From Paramecium tetraurelia (Eukaryota): 64,000 bases of DNA. A model generated the notes under the pieces. The model saw only the letters and a list, made by a program, of their open reading frames with translations, was not told the DNA's origin and ran no database searches. The stretch spans positions 199,204-263,203 of the forward strand of contig CT868407.1 of NCBI GenBank assembly GCA_000165425.1, written 5' to 3'. Position 1 is the first letter of the stretch, and each line of letters starts with the position of its first letter. Both the position numbers and the translations under genes were made by a program. Positions 1-13,093 of this stretch are shown here, one piece after another.

Positions 1-409
1 AAGAGTATAATAATATTAAAATATTCATAAATAGAGTCATTTATATAATAAACTAAAGAGATACATATGATTTTATGACAATTATTATTTATTGTTGATT
101 TTATTAATTTCTCAATTTATTTTGATAAAATGCTATTCAATTAATTTTTCTATTTAACATCAACATCGAACTTTTATTTACAGTCTAAAATTGATTACTT
201 ATATTGTTAGAATATAAAAATAATTTTAGAGCCAAACCCAAAATTTAAGAATAACAATGAAAAGCACAGCCACTTTTTCATTACATTTTGTGAAAAAATT
301 TAATTAGAAATTTTTTTCTAATTTTGTTTTGGAAATAATTGGCTAGCAATAAAATGAGGATAGACATTTAAGATGCTATAGGATATAATTACATGATATA
401 TTATATAAA

Positions 410-789
410 TCAGGCTGTGACGAAGTCTCCTCTAACTGTTTCAGCAACAGCGACGGTTTATTCGACCAAATCAACAGCAACGCCAGCTGAGGTCAATGCA
501 CTTCTCAAGTCAATTACTGTTGTGAACTGGGCGTTTGTTACTTCCATGTTGGCATGAACTTCCTTCAAGTTCTAATAAATATTAACATAAAATTTAGTAC
601 TCTGCCTCCCAAAGCCTTTGGTTCTCCAAGAGCAGCGCATAAAATGAAGCTTACTTATTTTTTTAATCAGCCATATTGATTCCATTGAAGAAATTGGAAA
701 CTGTAGCGTCAGCTTGGATATTAGCATAGAATTATGGTGTCACAGCTGTGACAGCGGCTTCACCTCCCAATTTATTCAAAGAGTGTCTT
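410..789 (-). pseudogene. Truncated (2/2) hemoglobin pseudogene
   Basis: Reads TLFEQ/[33 protein letters not shown]...CAALG...GR^[53 protein letters not shown], very like Paramecium trHb. 29-nt intron at 572-600. Start is AAG instead of ATG, with a +1 frameshift near 771, a -1 frameshift near 641, and IGHL reduced to IDL. Confidence 0.9.
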
Positions 790-1415
790 TTTAGAGTTTC
801 TGGACTTTTTATTAATGAATTATTAGGATATTTGAGTTAGTTTTGAACCCAATAAATTAAAGATAGTTTGAAATGGAATAAATTATTGTCTCTTGAAATT
901 ATCATTTAAAAAAACCGCACTGACACTATGACAATTAACTCATCCCTTTAACTATTTCAATCCATCATTTTCTGAAGTCTATTAATAAAATTTCAAAGAA
1001 TTAATAGTTAAACATTTCATTGTAATCAGATGTCATAAAAAAATATTTAAAATAATCAATTCTTTAATTGATATGCAAAAAGAGTACTATTTTAAATTAT
1101 AATTATTAATATTGATTCTTATTTATTATTATGTTGAAAATTAATATGATGATAATGTGAAGAATATTATTTATAGTTAATTTGATTTAATTTAATATTT
1201 CAATAAATGATTGCAATTTATATTTAATCAATAAGTATCATTATTCTATGATTAAATTTTAGTTAATTTTCTTTTAAAAATATCCTCACTTAATTAAAAG
1301 TATGAAAAATTTTGAGAGTAGTTAATAATAATTATGATAAATATTTTTTGATAAATGAGATAGTTTGAATGTGTAAAATTATTTAATCAATTATTTATAT
1401 AATTTCAAAATAGAA

Positions 1416-2622
1416 ATGGGTAATTGTCAGGCATGTATGAATGATCCACAAAATTTAAATGAATATGGTACTCATTAAAATGCTAAACAAACATCTTTGC
1501 ACTCAATAGTTAGAAGATCGTAGCCTTTTTCAAAAGCCTCATTGGCAGAGATTGTGAATACTTCTTAACACTAATTGAGAACAAGTCAAAAACCATCAAT
1601 TAATATTTAAAAAGAGGCCTCACTATCAATGGTTGGAAATGGTGTGGACATTTAAAAATAAAAAACTAACTCTGAACAATTAATTTCAGTGCATTGTCCT
1701 ATAGCCAAATTAGCATAACCTTGGGGTAGACCAGCAGGCGAATTATAAAGTTTGATTGGTCCCAAAGTTAAAATGGTCCTTAGTAAATTAAAGGAGTACT
1801 AGTATACAAGAGGTGATGATCCAGAGGCAGTATACCTGGAACCATAAATATTTGAACAAGGGATGGTTTATGATGGTTAATGGAAATATGGATTAAGACA
1901 GGGTCGAGGTATGGAATTAATTAAATATATCAGGAAGACAAGTTTGGAAGGAAGGTAGTTATTATGAAGGATATTGGAAAAATAGTTGTGCACATGGTCA
2001 TGGTAGATTAATACATGCAGATGGAGATTATTATGAAGGCGAATGGGACAATGACAAAGGTAAAGTATAGTAAGTATAAAAATAGCACATGGATAAGGGA
2101 AGTATGTCCATGCTGATGGGGCAAGTTATGAAGGTAGTTGGAAAGATGATAAGTAAGATGGATTGGGACATGAAATATGGCCTGATGGTACAAGTTATAA
2201 AGGAGCTTACATTTAAAGTAAGAAGGAAGGACATGGCATTTTCAAATGGCCAGATGGATCATATTACGAAGGTGAATTCTTAGATAATGCAATACATGGA
2301 ATGGGAACATATGTTTGGGGTGATGGGAGAACATACATTGGATAATGGAGGCAAAATAAAATGCATGGATTAGGAGAGTTCAAATGGGCAGATGGGAGAA
2401 GATATAAAGGATCTTATTAGAATGATAAGAAACAGGGTTATGGGACATTTGATTGGCGTAAATCAGCATAATATTCTTATAGCTGATGGATCTAAGTATG
2501 TAGGAGAATGGCATGACGGCAAATAACATGGGTTAGGTTCGGTCGTTGATGAAAAAGGAGAGGAACATAGAGGCAGATGGGACAATGGGACATTATTGGA
2601 ATGGATTACTTAAAAGGATTGA
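1416..2622 (+). CDS. MORN-repeat protein with N-terminal MGNCQAC acylation motif
   Basis: Code-6 ORF with repeated YEGxWxxxxxHGxGxYxxxDG units. Three short introns near 1909, 2060 and 2458. TGA at 2620-2622. Confidence 0.92.
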
Positions 2623-2655
2623 TAGTTTATTTAATTAACTATATAGTATATTCAA

Positions 2656-4503
2656 ATGGCTTTTGTATATAGAAGTGAAAATAGAGGGACATACATACCT
2701 AAAACTGAATAGGTAGGACCTGGACAATATGATCACATTCCTGAAATTGAATCAAGATCTAATCAACATCCATTTAACTCAACTGTCGATAGAATACATA
2801 AATCTAATTAGCTCCATCCTATTCCTGGCCCTGGAACTTACAATCTGTCTGGCTCCTTCGAGTGTCAGAAGGTGATATTCTAATCCGATGAACAAGAAAT
2901 CAAAATTTTGGAAGTACCTAAACCAATATCAGTTTTCAGATCAACTACTGTGAGATTTAAAGATGATAGATTTGAAGGACCAGGGTAAAAGTGTCTTATC
3001 TATCAATAGACCAACTCAATACTTTCAAGAAGAAAGGAAGAAATTTCATTCCGCAGGCCAAGTGAATCGCTCAAAAAAACTCAATATTTTAGAGTAATTA
3101 GTAAAGGACAACAAATACATCAGCATACCTTCCATCCCTTCCAATGTTCATTAAGGCTATATTGAGAATAAAGGTTTTACTCAATAATAAATCAAGACAA
3201 TCAGTTGGAATAAAATCCAGTTGACTCCTCAAATGATGTTGGACCAGGATCATATGACTTTAAAAGTACATTCAACAATACAAAACCCAGGGGAGTTTCT
3301 TGGCATAAACCAAGAAGCTAAGACAAAAAGGACTATAAATCACCAATTGGCCCTGGTTATTATGATGTCAGCAGTCAATCTTAACCTATGTACCAAATGA
3401 AACCAACCACAGCATTTAGTTCCAAATAAAGTAGAAATTCTGATTTCAGATTCCAAAATCTTAAAAGCAACACTGGATATATTAAAAAGGGATTGGACAA
3501 TAAATAGTATAGTTTTCATCAATCGACCAATCCAGCTACTACTGCTCGAGAAACAGATGCTGATTCAGAATATAGTTATATTGAAGTACTATATTTAAAT
3601 GAATTAGGATGCAACACCAGGTCCTGGTTACTATGAAAATGCTTCTACTTAATAAACTATTTCTTAATTTTTAAACTAATCTCAAATTAAAGGATCAATT
3701 AAAACTAGAACTAAAAGATTTCAAACAAAATCGCAACATACTCCTGGTCCTGGTAGTTACTAATTGGAAATCGCTGCTCAAAGATATAAAGGTGCCTAAC
3801 CTCCCTTTTTGATTAGCAAGAGTAGGTTCGAGGAGTAAATTTCAGAAACTCCTGCTCCAGGGTAATATAAAGCAAGTAATACAATGGAATAAAAATTAAT
3901 CTAAAAGTTAATGAAGGCCCCCTTGGGATAATTTGGAGTTAATGAGAATAGATTTAAAGAATAAAAGTTGTTAGTACCTGGACCTGGAGCATATGAAGTC
4001 AATAAAATAGATGACGAAAAAAAGGATAGGAAATTACCAGAATAAAAGGGAACATTTGCTTTTATGAGTCATGCTCCTAAAAGCTAAGATCTATCCATAC
4101 CAAATATAAATCCAGCCCCAGGTGCCTATAATGTAAATTAACATACAATTTCCAATAAAATTATTAAACCAGAAGAGGAAGATCCTAAGCTGGCAGTAGT
4201 TAAACCTCCATTTGGAGTTGGAGCTGAGAGATGGAAAATAAAAGAAGCTAATGAAGATGAGGAGGAGGATGAACCTTTTTATTTAGAAAAATCAGCGTAA
4301 AATTAATTAGGAATATTTAAAAAAAAAAAGAAAGATCCACCCCCATTTATGTGCAAGGTATTAATACAATTCAATATAAATAGCAAGAACGATTCTCAAA
4401 AAGTGTTCCTAAAAATATTATCCCCGGTCCGATGGATTATGCTGATGGAATGTTTCCGAATTGGAATAAAAGGACATTTAACATAATATTTGCTGAGATT
4501 TGA
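2656..4503 (+). CDS. Sperm-tail PG-rich (SHIPPO-1/STPG-like) repeat protein
   Basis: Many PGPGxY / GPGQY / PAPGAY repeats throughout, four short GT..AG introns, TGA at 4501-4503. Confidence 0.88.
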
Positions 4504-4519
4504 AATTATTTTAATTATC

Positions 4520-5553
4520 ATGTTCAATTTTTTTTAATCCATCTGCTGCTTCTCTAATAGAGAAAAACCAGAGAAATCCAATAGACCAATACAAAAACCA
4601 GCATAAACTTTGTCTATCTAACCTGTAATTTAAGAAGCCATGACAAACTAGGCTTAATAGAACTCTATTATAGAAACGGATTAATACTTACAATTGGATA
4701 ATGACTACTACATGGAATAGATGGAGTATGTTCTTATTTGTTAATATAAGTTTTTAATCTTCGAGTGATCCTCCTTCTACTCAATTACCATCCGGTTTTA
4801 TCCTCTAAGATGAAGTCATCAGTAATCAACCTATGTAAGAGGAAAATGAAAGTAATATCAAAAAGGAACAAACTCACACAAAAAAAGTATTATTTATCTC
4901 CTTATATCACCTAGAAACGAATATTGAAGCTGTGGGATGCCAATGAAGATGCTTAATTGCGTATCCAATATGAGAAGCATAATGGAAAGTGGAATGAAAT
5001 TGCTAAGCACATGCCAGGAAGAAATGTTTCATAATGTTGTTAAAGATGGAGGAGATTATAACCTGTTAAGATTGTAATAAAACATATATATATTTCTAGA
5101 TTAAAAGAAAGTAATGGACTCAAAATGAAGATGAGAAAATTCTTCAATTAGTCTAATAACATGGCAAGAATTGGAAGCTAATCGCTTTACGTAAAAATTA
5201 ATTCAACTATAGTGCCCTAGACTTTCCGGGTATTTTGAGCAAATAGATAAGAGAACGATATATTAATAAAATTGATCCAGATATTAACACAGGTCCATGG
5301 ACTGAAGTTGAAGATGCCACCATTATCAGATTGTATTAGGATTATGGAGGCAAATGGAGTCTTATTTCATCTCATCTAAAAGGCAGACCTGTATATTTAT
5401 TATTCTTAAACCAATTAGGAAAACATGGTAAAAAACAGATTCTATTGTTACATCAGAAGAGTTCATCTTGGAGTTTAAAACCCATATTAAATTGTCTATT
5501 AAGAAAACTCAGATAGTGAACTCAGTTCAAATGATGATATGGAATTTGAATGA
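4520..5553 (+). CDS. Myb-family transcription factor, three tandem repeats
   Basis: Repeats WDANEDAQL..GKWNEIAKHMPGRNVSQCCQRW, WTQNEDEKI..KNWKLIA..KQIRERYINKIDP and WTEVEDATI..GKWSLISSHLKGRPENMVKNRFY. Several short introns. Confidence 0.9.
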
Positions 5554-5950
5554 TTTTTATATTATCTAACAATTCCTTATTAATATGTAAATAAGTTTTT
5601 AATTAATAATTAATTACTAAATCAATACAAATTTTATCAGAATATTAGTATTAAAATAGTAAAATAATAGTGTATTCTTAATATCTGCATTATTTTTAGA
5701 ATTGGAGATCATTATTAAAATCATTCAATTTTATCAATAGAAATTATTGAATAACCAAAATTTCCATTTTTAAGATTGATATCTTTATATTGAATCAAAA
5801 TGTGATATTTGGTATCTTAACCAAACAAATAAAATTCACCCAATATATTAATATTTTAATGATCTAATTATTTAGATAAAAAACCTAATTTTGTTTAAAA
5901 TCATAAGAGAAAATTATTATATAAATTACATTTATTATATAAATATTATA

Positions 5951-8900
5951 ATGTTTCAAGACATCAAAGTGTCTAATTATAATAGGACAATCGAGATGTA
6001 TGCCATCGTGGATGATAGAGAAAATAATAATTTAATCACATCTGATTACATCCTTAAGCGCATAATTAAAAGTTTTATTCATAAATTAAATGATGATGAT
6101 AAACAACTGGCTATAAAATACTTTTTGCAGTACTTTCCGTATAATTCAACTCTTTTTTAAATCATCAAAGAATAAGATGCGCCAAAAAGTTTAATAAAAA
6201 AGATTAATTATTGTAATGATTATTATGGTTTAAAACAAAATCAAAAAGTTTATGAATAAAATGAGAAATTATAACTAATTCTATTTGATGAAGATTATCA
6301 TAAACTAATTAAACTATTTGATGAAAAAGAATTTTTAGAAAACTACTAGATTCCTACTTTATTTCGTTAACACAAGCATATCATTGAAAAAATTAAAAAT
6401 CATAGTTTCAAGCTTATTGATTTAATAGAATAATGTTATGATTAGTCATTTCAATTAAATTCAACAATTTTGAGCCATTTAGTATTCTTTTTTTATATCC
6501 TGAGGAATTATAAATAAGCAGTAAAGAATAAATGGAATTATATCTATTATTAGGGGAAATCTTATGTGAATGTTGCATGTAATTTGAGTATCATATTGAA
6601 TTATTGTAATTCCAATAATAGAATTAAAATAAAGTCAAAACTCTTTCTGAAATTCCTTAATTATTATTATCACCTGATTTGGAGATGTTAAAAATTTAAA
6701 TGTAATAGGTATTTTAAATACAATAATTTTGTCAAAAGAATAGGTAAAATTCTATTAATAAAAAAAAAATAAGTGATAAATGTGGCTTAATAATAAATCG
6801 AAAATTGTTAGATAAAAATGATTAAATTTTTAATTTTGAAGAAATTGATATTCTAATTTAACAATAACTTCCAGTCATTTTTGAACTTTAAGTTATTTTT
6901 TATTAGATATGTTTTTATTGCATGGCACATTTCAATTAATATTATGAAAAATATATGCTTGCCTCTAATAAGGTTGAAAGGTATAAAGAACTTAATTTAT
7001 ATATATAAGAAAAAAGCAAATATAATTTGTAGTAATTTAATCAAATGTAATTTAAAAGTTATGAATAATATTCAAATGAATAAATATCAAATAATGGTGA
7101 ATGGAAAACATTGATCAGTTAGTCACTTGATGAGATGCTTTAAAGAATAATTGAAGATGATTTTCATTACCTCAATAAAAGGTTGCATATTATACATTTA
7201 AATGAATAAAATGATTAAAGGGCAAAAATATTCAACTTACTTACTGAAATACCTGTTTATGTTAAACGATAAGTATAAATGATTTCGGGAAATTACAAAG
7301 AATTAAAAATCAATTAAATAATATTTTTGTAAAAATTGTAACATCTTTAGCATCCTTATTGAAATCCTTAAAAACTTAAAATTTAATTCATGTTGCTGAG
7401 GAATTATAATAATTAAAAACAACCTATTCTAATTAAGAATTAGAAATTGTTTTCAGAATAGTAGTAAAATTCAAAATCAAGACTTTACTTCATTTTTATT
7501 TCTTAAATAATCTTTGAAAGAGAAATGGAGAACCTTTTTAAAAATATCATAATATAATGAAAATATGAAATTGGATAAAAAAATTGAATTACTCAATGAT
7601 TTTTCAGATGATCATTGGTATTTAGTGAAAAAAAAAAAATTCAATTTTTAATTGCACAATATTTCTAATCTCAGTCGTAGAACATATCATTATAAATTCT
7701 AATTTTTTTGAGAAAACTTTTTGATAAAAATAGAGCCATCCAATAGTAGAATGAGTAAACTCGATATTTTTTTTTGATGTTCTCATGTTTACAAGACTAC
7801 TAAATTCATAAATTGATATCTCTTAATAAATCAAATTAAATTTTATATGATGATTATATGAATTCTGTTGAAATATTATTTTAAGTAATTAACACAATAA
7901 AGGATGAAGAGACATATTAATATATGTTTGATATAGAAAAAGTATCAGAATTTCACTAAATTTACTGTCTGAACTTCTTTTTTGAATTATAAAAAAATAA
8001 AGTTGGTTTGGAATATTTAAAGAAGGTTTATAAATTAATTTATTATTGGTAATTAAACGAATTATAAGAGTTGAGAAACAATGCTCAATAGTTTTATATT
8101 ACAGATGCATATTAAATACCAATTGATATTCTAAAAAGTCAATTACTTTAACAATCCATAATTTCACCCTGAAATATTTGAGTTGTTATTAAAAAGTGAC
8201 ATTTATCCAAGAAATCTAAATATTTCATTAGAAGAGTTTAATATTGCATCAACATTATTAAGTAGAGCAGATCAATTAGGTTTAGTAAATAATTGGATAA
8301 AGGATGCAAAAGATTCTATTAATCTTAAGAAATTAATACCATTCTTTTTTAACATCATAAAAAGAGGAGAATCATCTAAAAATTTCTTATCAATTGTTAA
8401 CTAGTAATTAATGAGTAGCAAAGAATTGCAAGAAAAATATGGATATTTTAATTAAAAGTCAATTTTTTAAATATTCTATACTAATGCTAATTATGAATTA
8501 AAGATTATACTTCTTAAACTAATTAGTAAATCATATCCAATTCCTTTATTATATAAAACTCCCTCCAAAAAAAAAAAAAAAGATTTAAACAAATTAACAT
8601 TTAATAAGAATACATTTTATGTTTTCTAAGAGAACTTTCCAATTATAAATTTAAGTTTAGATCCTGAACAACAAAGAATAGGGAAAACAGAATTAATTAA
8701 CAAAATTTCCTTTTAATAAAAGAAATTTGAAATTTTGGACAGTAACTAATTGAATAATTAAACAATTGATATTATGTATGATTTTGAATTTAGTGGATCA
8801 AGAAATCTATCAGTAGCTGATGCTCATAATTTTATTCCTTTTGAAACTTTAGATGATATTTGCGAATGTTTAGATTATGGATTATTTAATTAAATACTGA

Positions 8901-11900
8901 AAAAGAAATTGAAATGACCATATAAAATTTGTAAAAATTATAATCTTTTTATAATAAAAACAAAATAGTTTGTTTTTTGATTCGAAATTCAAGTTAAGAT
9001 TTGGATGACAACCAAATTCAATTATTAGAGTCATTAAATATATAGTTTAAATAAATTATAGATTTATCGGATAAAGATTTAAATAAATAAATGATAGATG
9101 ATGAAATTGAATAAGTATCTAAGTTTTTGTATGATATTATTAATCAAAAGAGATAAGACTTCACTTTAAATTAAGATTAATATTTTAATCTTATTTGGTA
9201 AATGAAGGAACAAAATCTGGAATTAACCAACGAAATGAGGTTAGCATAGGAATTATTTTCAGATATTGAAATAGAATTAGCTGACTAAATGAAACAGGAA
9301 TAGGGTTTCTAAAATTAAAATGCCTTTCCTTTAAGAAGTATTGATTGGTAAATGAAATAATAAAAAGATAATTATGTTAGAGTTTATTNNNNNNNNNNNN
9401 NNNNNNNNNNNNNNNNNNNNNNNNNNNNNNNNNNNNNNNNNNNNNNNNNNNNNNNNNNNNNNNNNNNNNNNNNNNNNNNNNNNNNNNNNNNNNNNNNNNN
9501 NNNNNNNNNNNNNNNNNNNNNNNNNNNNNNNNNNNNNNATTAAAAATACATAATAAAGAATTCTTTAATAATTAATTTGATTACATTAATTTATTAGACT
9601 CTGAAGGTCTTCAGAATCCATACCAGAAAGATTATGAATTTGATAAAAAAATAGCGCTATTTGTTTTGTCTATTAGTGATATAAATTTGAATTCTGAATT
9701 TGTTAATCAAAAAGATGAATTTCAACCAATTGATTATAATGAAGTTCTTGGGATCACATAGGATAATATCAAAATTTTAGGATTTGCATCTACTGAAAAA
9801 TTGTGGAAATAGAATGAAAGTGATGGAGTTTATGAAAATTGGAGGTAATTAATTATTGATGGTACATACTCAGAAGAGTCATACGAATATGGAATTAAAG
9901 TAATAAAAGCATATGTTGATAAATTTGGAATAGGAGATGATTAATAAGGACTAGGAAAATAAGTGGAAAATTTAAAAAATTTTATATAAAAGATTGAAAT
10001 AATTTGGAGAAGTATAGAAAGTCTGCATGATTCACTATAATTTTCTAAATAAATACAACATTAACAAAACCAATTTATGAGACAATAATTTACTGATATA
10101 GTTGTTCAATAAAAGTTCCCTCATCAAAAGGATTTTATCAAGGAAGTTTAAGAGAATATTTAAGATATTAATGAAAAATTATCTCTTGAAGTATTAAATA
10201 CTATTGAGAGATAATAAGTTACAAGGATGAGTCAAGAATTTGATTAAATAAGGATGAAAATCATTAATAAATTAACATCTATACAAAATGAAAAATATAA
10301 TTCACAAAAATATATTACGAATTATATTAAAATGATCAATGATAGAATTAATAGCGAATATTGGGATGTAGTTTGGCAATATATTCTGAGATGAAAACGT
10401 AGTAAACTAAATTTTAAAAGTTCAAGGGGTTTAATTAAATTGATTAATTTATTGAAGGCTTACTCTAAAGGGAAGAAGAATTACAAGAATATAAGAAAGA
10501 TGAAAATAAGATATAGAATAAGTTTAATCAAATCTGGGCTTAAATCTTAAATCATCACATCTAGCAATAAGAAGAAATGTTTAAAGATTATTGTGATTAA
10601 CTTTTTCAAACAATCTCATCCGAACTCTCGGAATATCTATTAAAAACAACTAATGAATCTCAATATAAATAGGAGTATCATCTACAATTAATAAAAACTC
10701 CACCATAAGATGAAGAATTTCTAACTGCATTTAAGATTTTGAATTCAGAAGTACAAAATTAATAATTTATTTCCATTCCAAAATCTAATTATAACAGTAA
10801 TAAAAAAGTAGAAAAAGTTACTATATTTTATAGATAAATAAATATTACTCCTAAAAAATTGAATTATAATGGATTACAAAGCAGGATTTTGAAAATTATA
10901 TGAAAACGATGTTATTTCTGATTTTGAAAATTATTATCATAATAATACAAAAGATGCAAGATATGCGATTAAAAATTTTTTATTATTATTCACTATTTTC
11001 GGTTATGAAATAGATGATAAACAGGTTGATAAAATATGTAATATTTAAGATTCTTGGTTTTAGTCTGATACATAATAATCTCATATTTAATGCTTCATAC
11101 CTTATTAGAGACTATAATATAATCACATATAATATTAGATATCAATTACTTCCATCAACAAAAATTGTAAAGGTCTTGCAAAACATATTTAAAATAAGGA
11201 ATAAATAATTTCTTTTTCTGACAATTTAGAAAACTTGATTAAATAATATGATTAAGGCGATAAATTTTTAATTTAATTAGATAAATAATTAATTGTTGAA
11301 TCTTTAGATATTTTAGATATTGACCTTTACAATATCCAATTAAATGCACCAAAAGGCAGCTCATAATCAACAACAAAATTTTATAAGAAAGGTAAATTCT
11401 AGTCAAATTAGTAGTCTGAGACCATATCGTCAATAAACACTCAAGTAAGTTAAAAAAAATAATAAGAAACAATTAAAGATATTTTTCAGTATATTTTAGA
11501 TCAAAAAACGGAATATAACAAATAGAAACAATTTGAGAATTATATTGTTACATTGATTTCATAGCTAATGAATTACAATAATAATGAAGGCTGGAATAAA
11601 ATGTATGGAGAGATTCATTAGATGATACTAGATGAAATTATAGAAAAAAATGTAGATGATAAAAAAAATGAAAATATAAAAGTTAAATAATATAGTTTCA
11701 GTTTAATTAAACGAATTATGCAAAAAATTGAGGTTAAGATTACAGAATTTAATTTGCAATTTTCTGATTTTGGCGTAATTTTAACTAACATAGGAGATAG
11801 GTGCCTATACTATTTTGCAATGTTAACAATCTGGAGAATACTATGTTTTGGTTAATATCAGTCAATAGAAAGTAATATCAAAGAATTAAAAGATTAGACT

Positions 11901-12773
11901 GAAGAGTAGTATCGTAAATTTAAGGCTCATATTTAAGAAAATAAGAAAGAACAAAGCAAAATTCAAGGGTAAACCTGAGTTTAAGATATCATTAATTTCG
12001 CAACTTAAAGCTTTTATAAGAAATATTGTGAAGATGCTGCATAAATTCTAGAAATGTATAGCACTGAATCAAGTTATGATTTAATGTAGAAATTTGACAA
12101 AGAAATTTTAGAAAAATTGGATAAAAATATTCCATATGATGAAATTATTGAATATATCAGAAATCAATCTAATTATATTGAAAAATATGTTTAAAAGAAA
12201 ATTTCTAAAATTAAAACAGAAATTTCAGAAATGTTAACTGACCAATTGAAAAAGGATTTGAAGTCTCATCTTGAAAAGGTAAATACAAATACAAAAAATT
12301 TACAAAATTTTGTTTTTGATGATTCAATAGCATAAGATTATTTTAAACAATTAAATAATCCCTCTGAAGGTCCAGAACTATTATATAAAATAGTTTTAAG
12401 TTGCCTTTAAGGATAAGTCTAATAGAATTTCCTGGAATCTATCAAAGATGATAAAAGAGATGCATTCTAAACTTAAGATTTTCATATCTTGGATTGCCCT
12501 TTGGGGCTGCCAAGATAAAAATCAGATGCTGAAATTTAAATATTGCTTGATTTTGTTTAAGCTTTTTAAAAGAAAATTTAAGATGCAATTTAAAGTTTAG
12601 ACACTTAGCAGATAGCATTTGAAAAACTGTTTGTTTCAGCTGATTTAGATGCTTTATAACTTAAATGAATTTGGTGTTTAGAAATCTATCCTTGTTGTAA
12701 AAGAAAATGTGATGAAGATATAGAATTTAGTAATCATACACATTAATGCAAAAATGGTCATATACATTAATGA
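5951..12773 (+). pseudogene. Degraded very-large-inducible-GTPase (VLIG/GVIN/URGCP-like) gene
   Basis: G3 region FDYINLLDSEGLQNP..FDKKIALFVLSISDI at ~9577-9683. Upstream degenerate GKTELINK near 8680. C-terminal C..YPCCKRKCD..H.H.C..GH. Frameshifts (e.g. poly-T near 6490), in-frame TGA at 11976, and an apparent deletion after SDI. Confidence 0.7.
9389..9538. other. Assembly gap (150 N)
   Basis: Run of n characters inside the VLIG-like locus, just before the G3 motif. Confidence 0.99.
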
Positions 12774-13093
12774 GGTATTTATACATTAATTAAGATGTAA
12801 TATTATTGTCGAAAGTCTAATGACTTATAAAATCAACTATTATTTATTTTCAACTCTTAATTGTATTCATTCGAATTGCGATGATTAAAATTCTCACAAC
12901 AAAAAAATTTTTTGTGAAGTCAAAAGATATAAAAAGCAAAAAATCTTCTCCTAAAGAATGCTAGGAATATTGATAATTAAGTAGAAGGAAATCTTTGGTT
13001 AAAATTGAACCTCAAATTCCAAACCATTAAGGGAATTCTAAATAATATTTGCTGAATTTATTTTTTAAAATCTTTGATTATTTATAGTTTAAA

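Noticed and set aside
11976..11978. In-frame TGAs (VLIG-like locus, TEX9, ALDH3) as selenocysteine or recoding
   Set aside because: They co-occur with frameshifts and deletions and are not at Cys-equivalent positions, so decay explains them.
12894..12917. Inverted repeat tcacaacaaaaaaattttttgtga
   Set aside because: Short and mostly A/T homopolymer, as expected by chance at this base composition.
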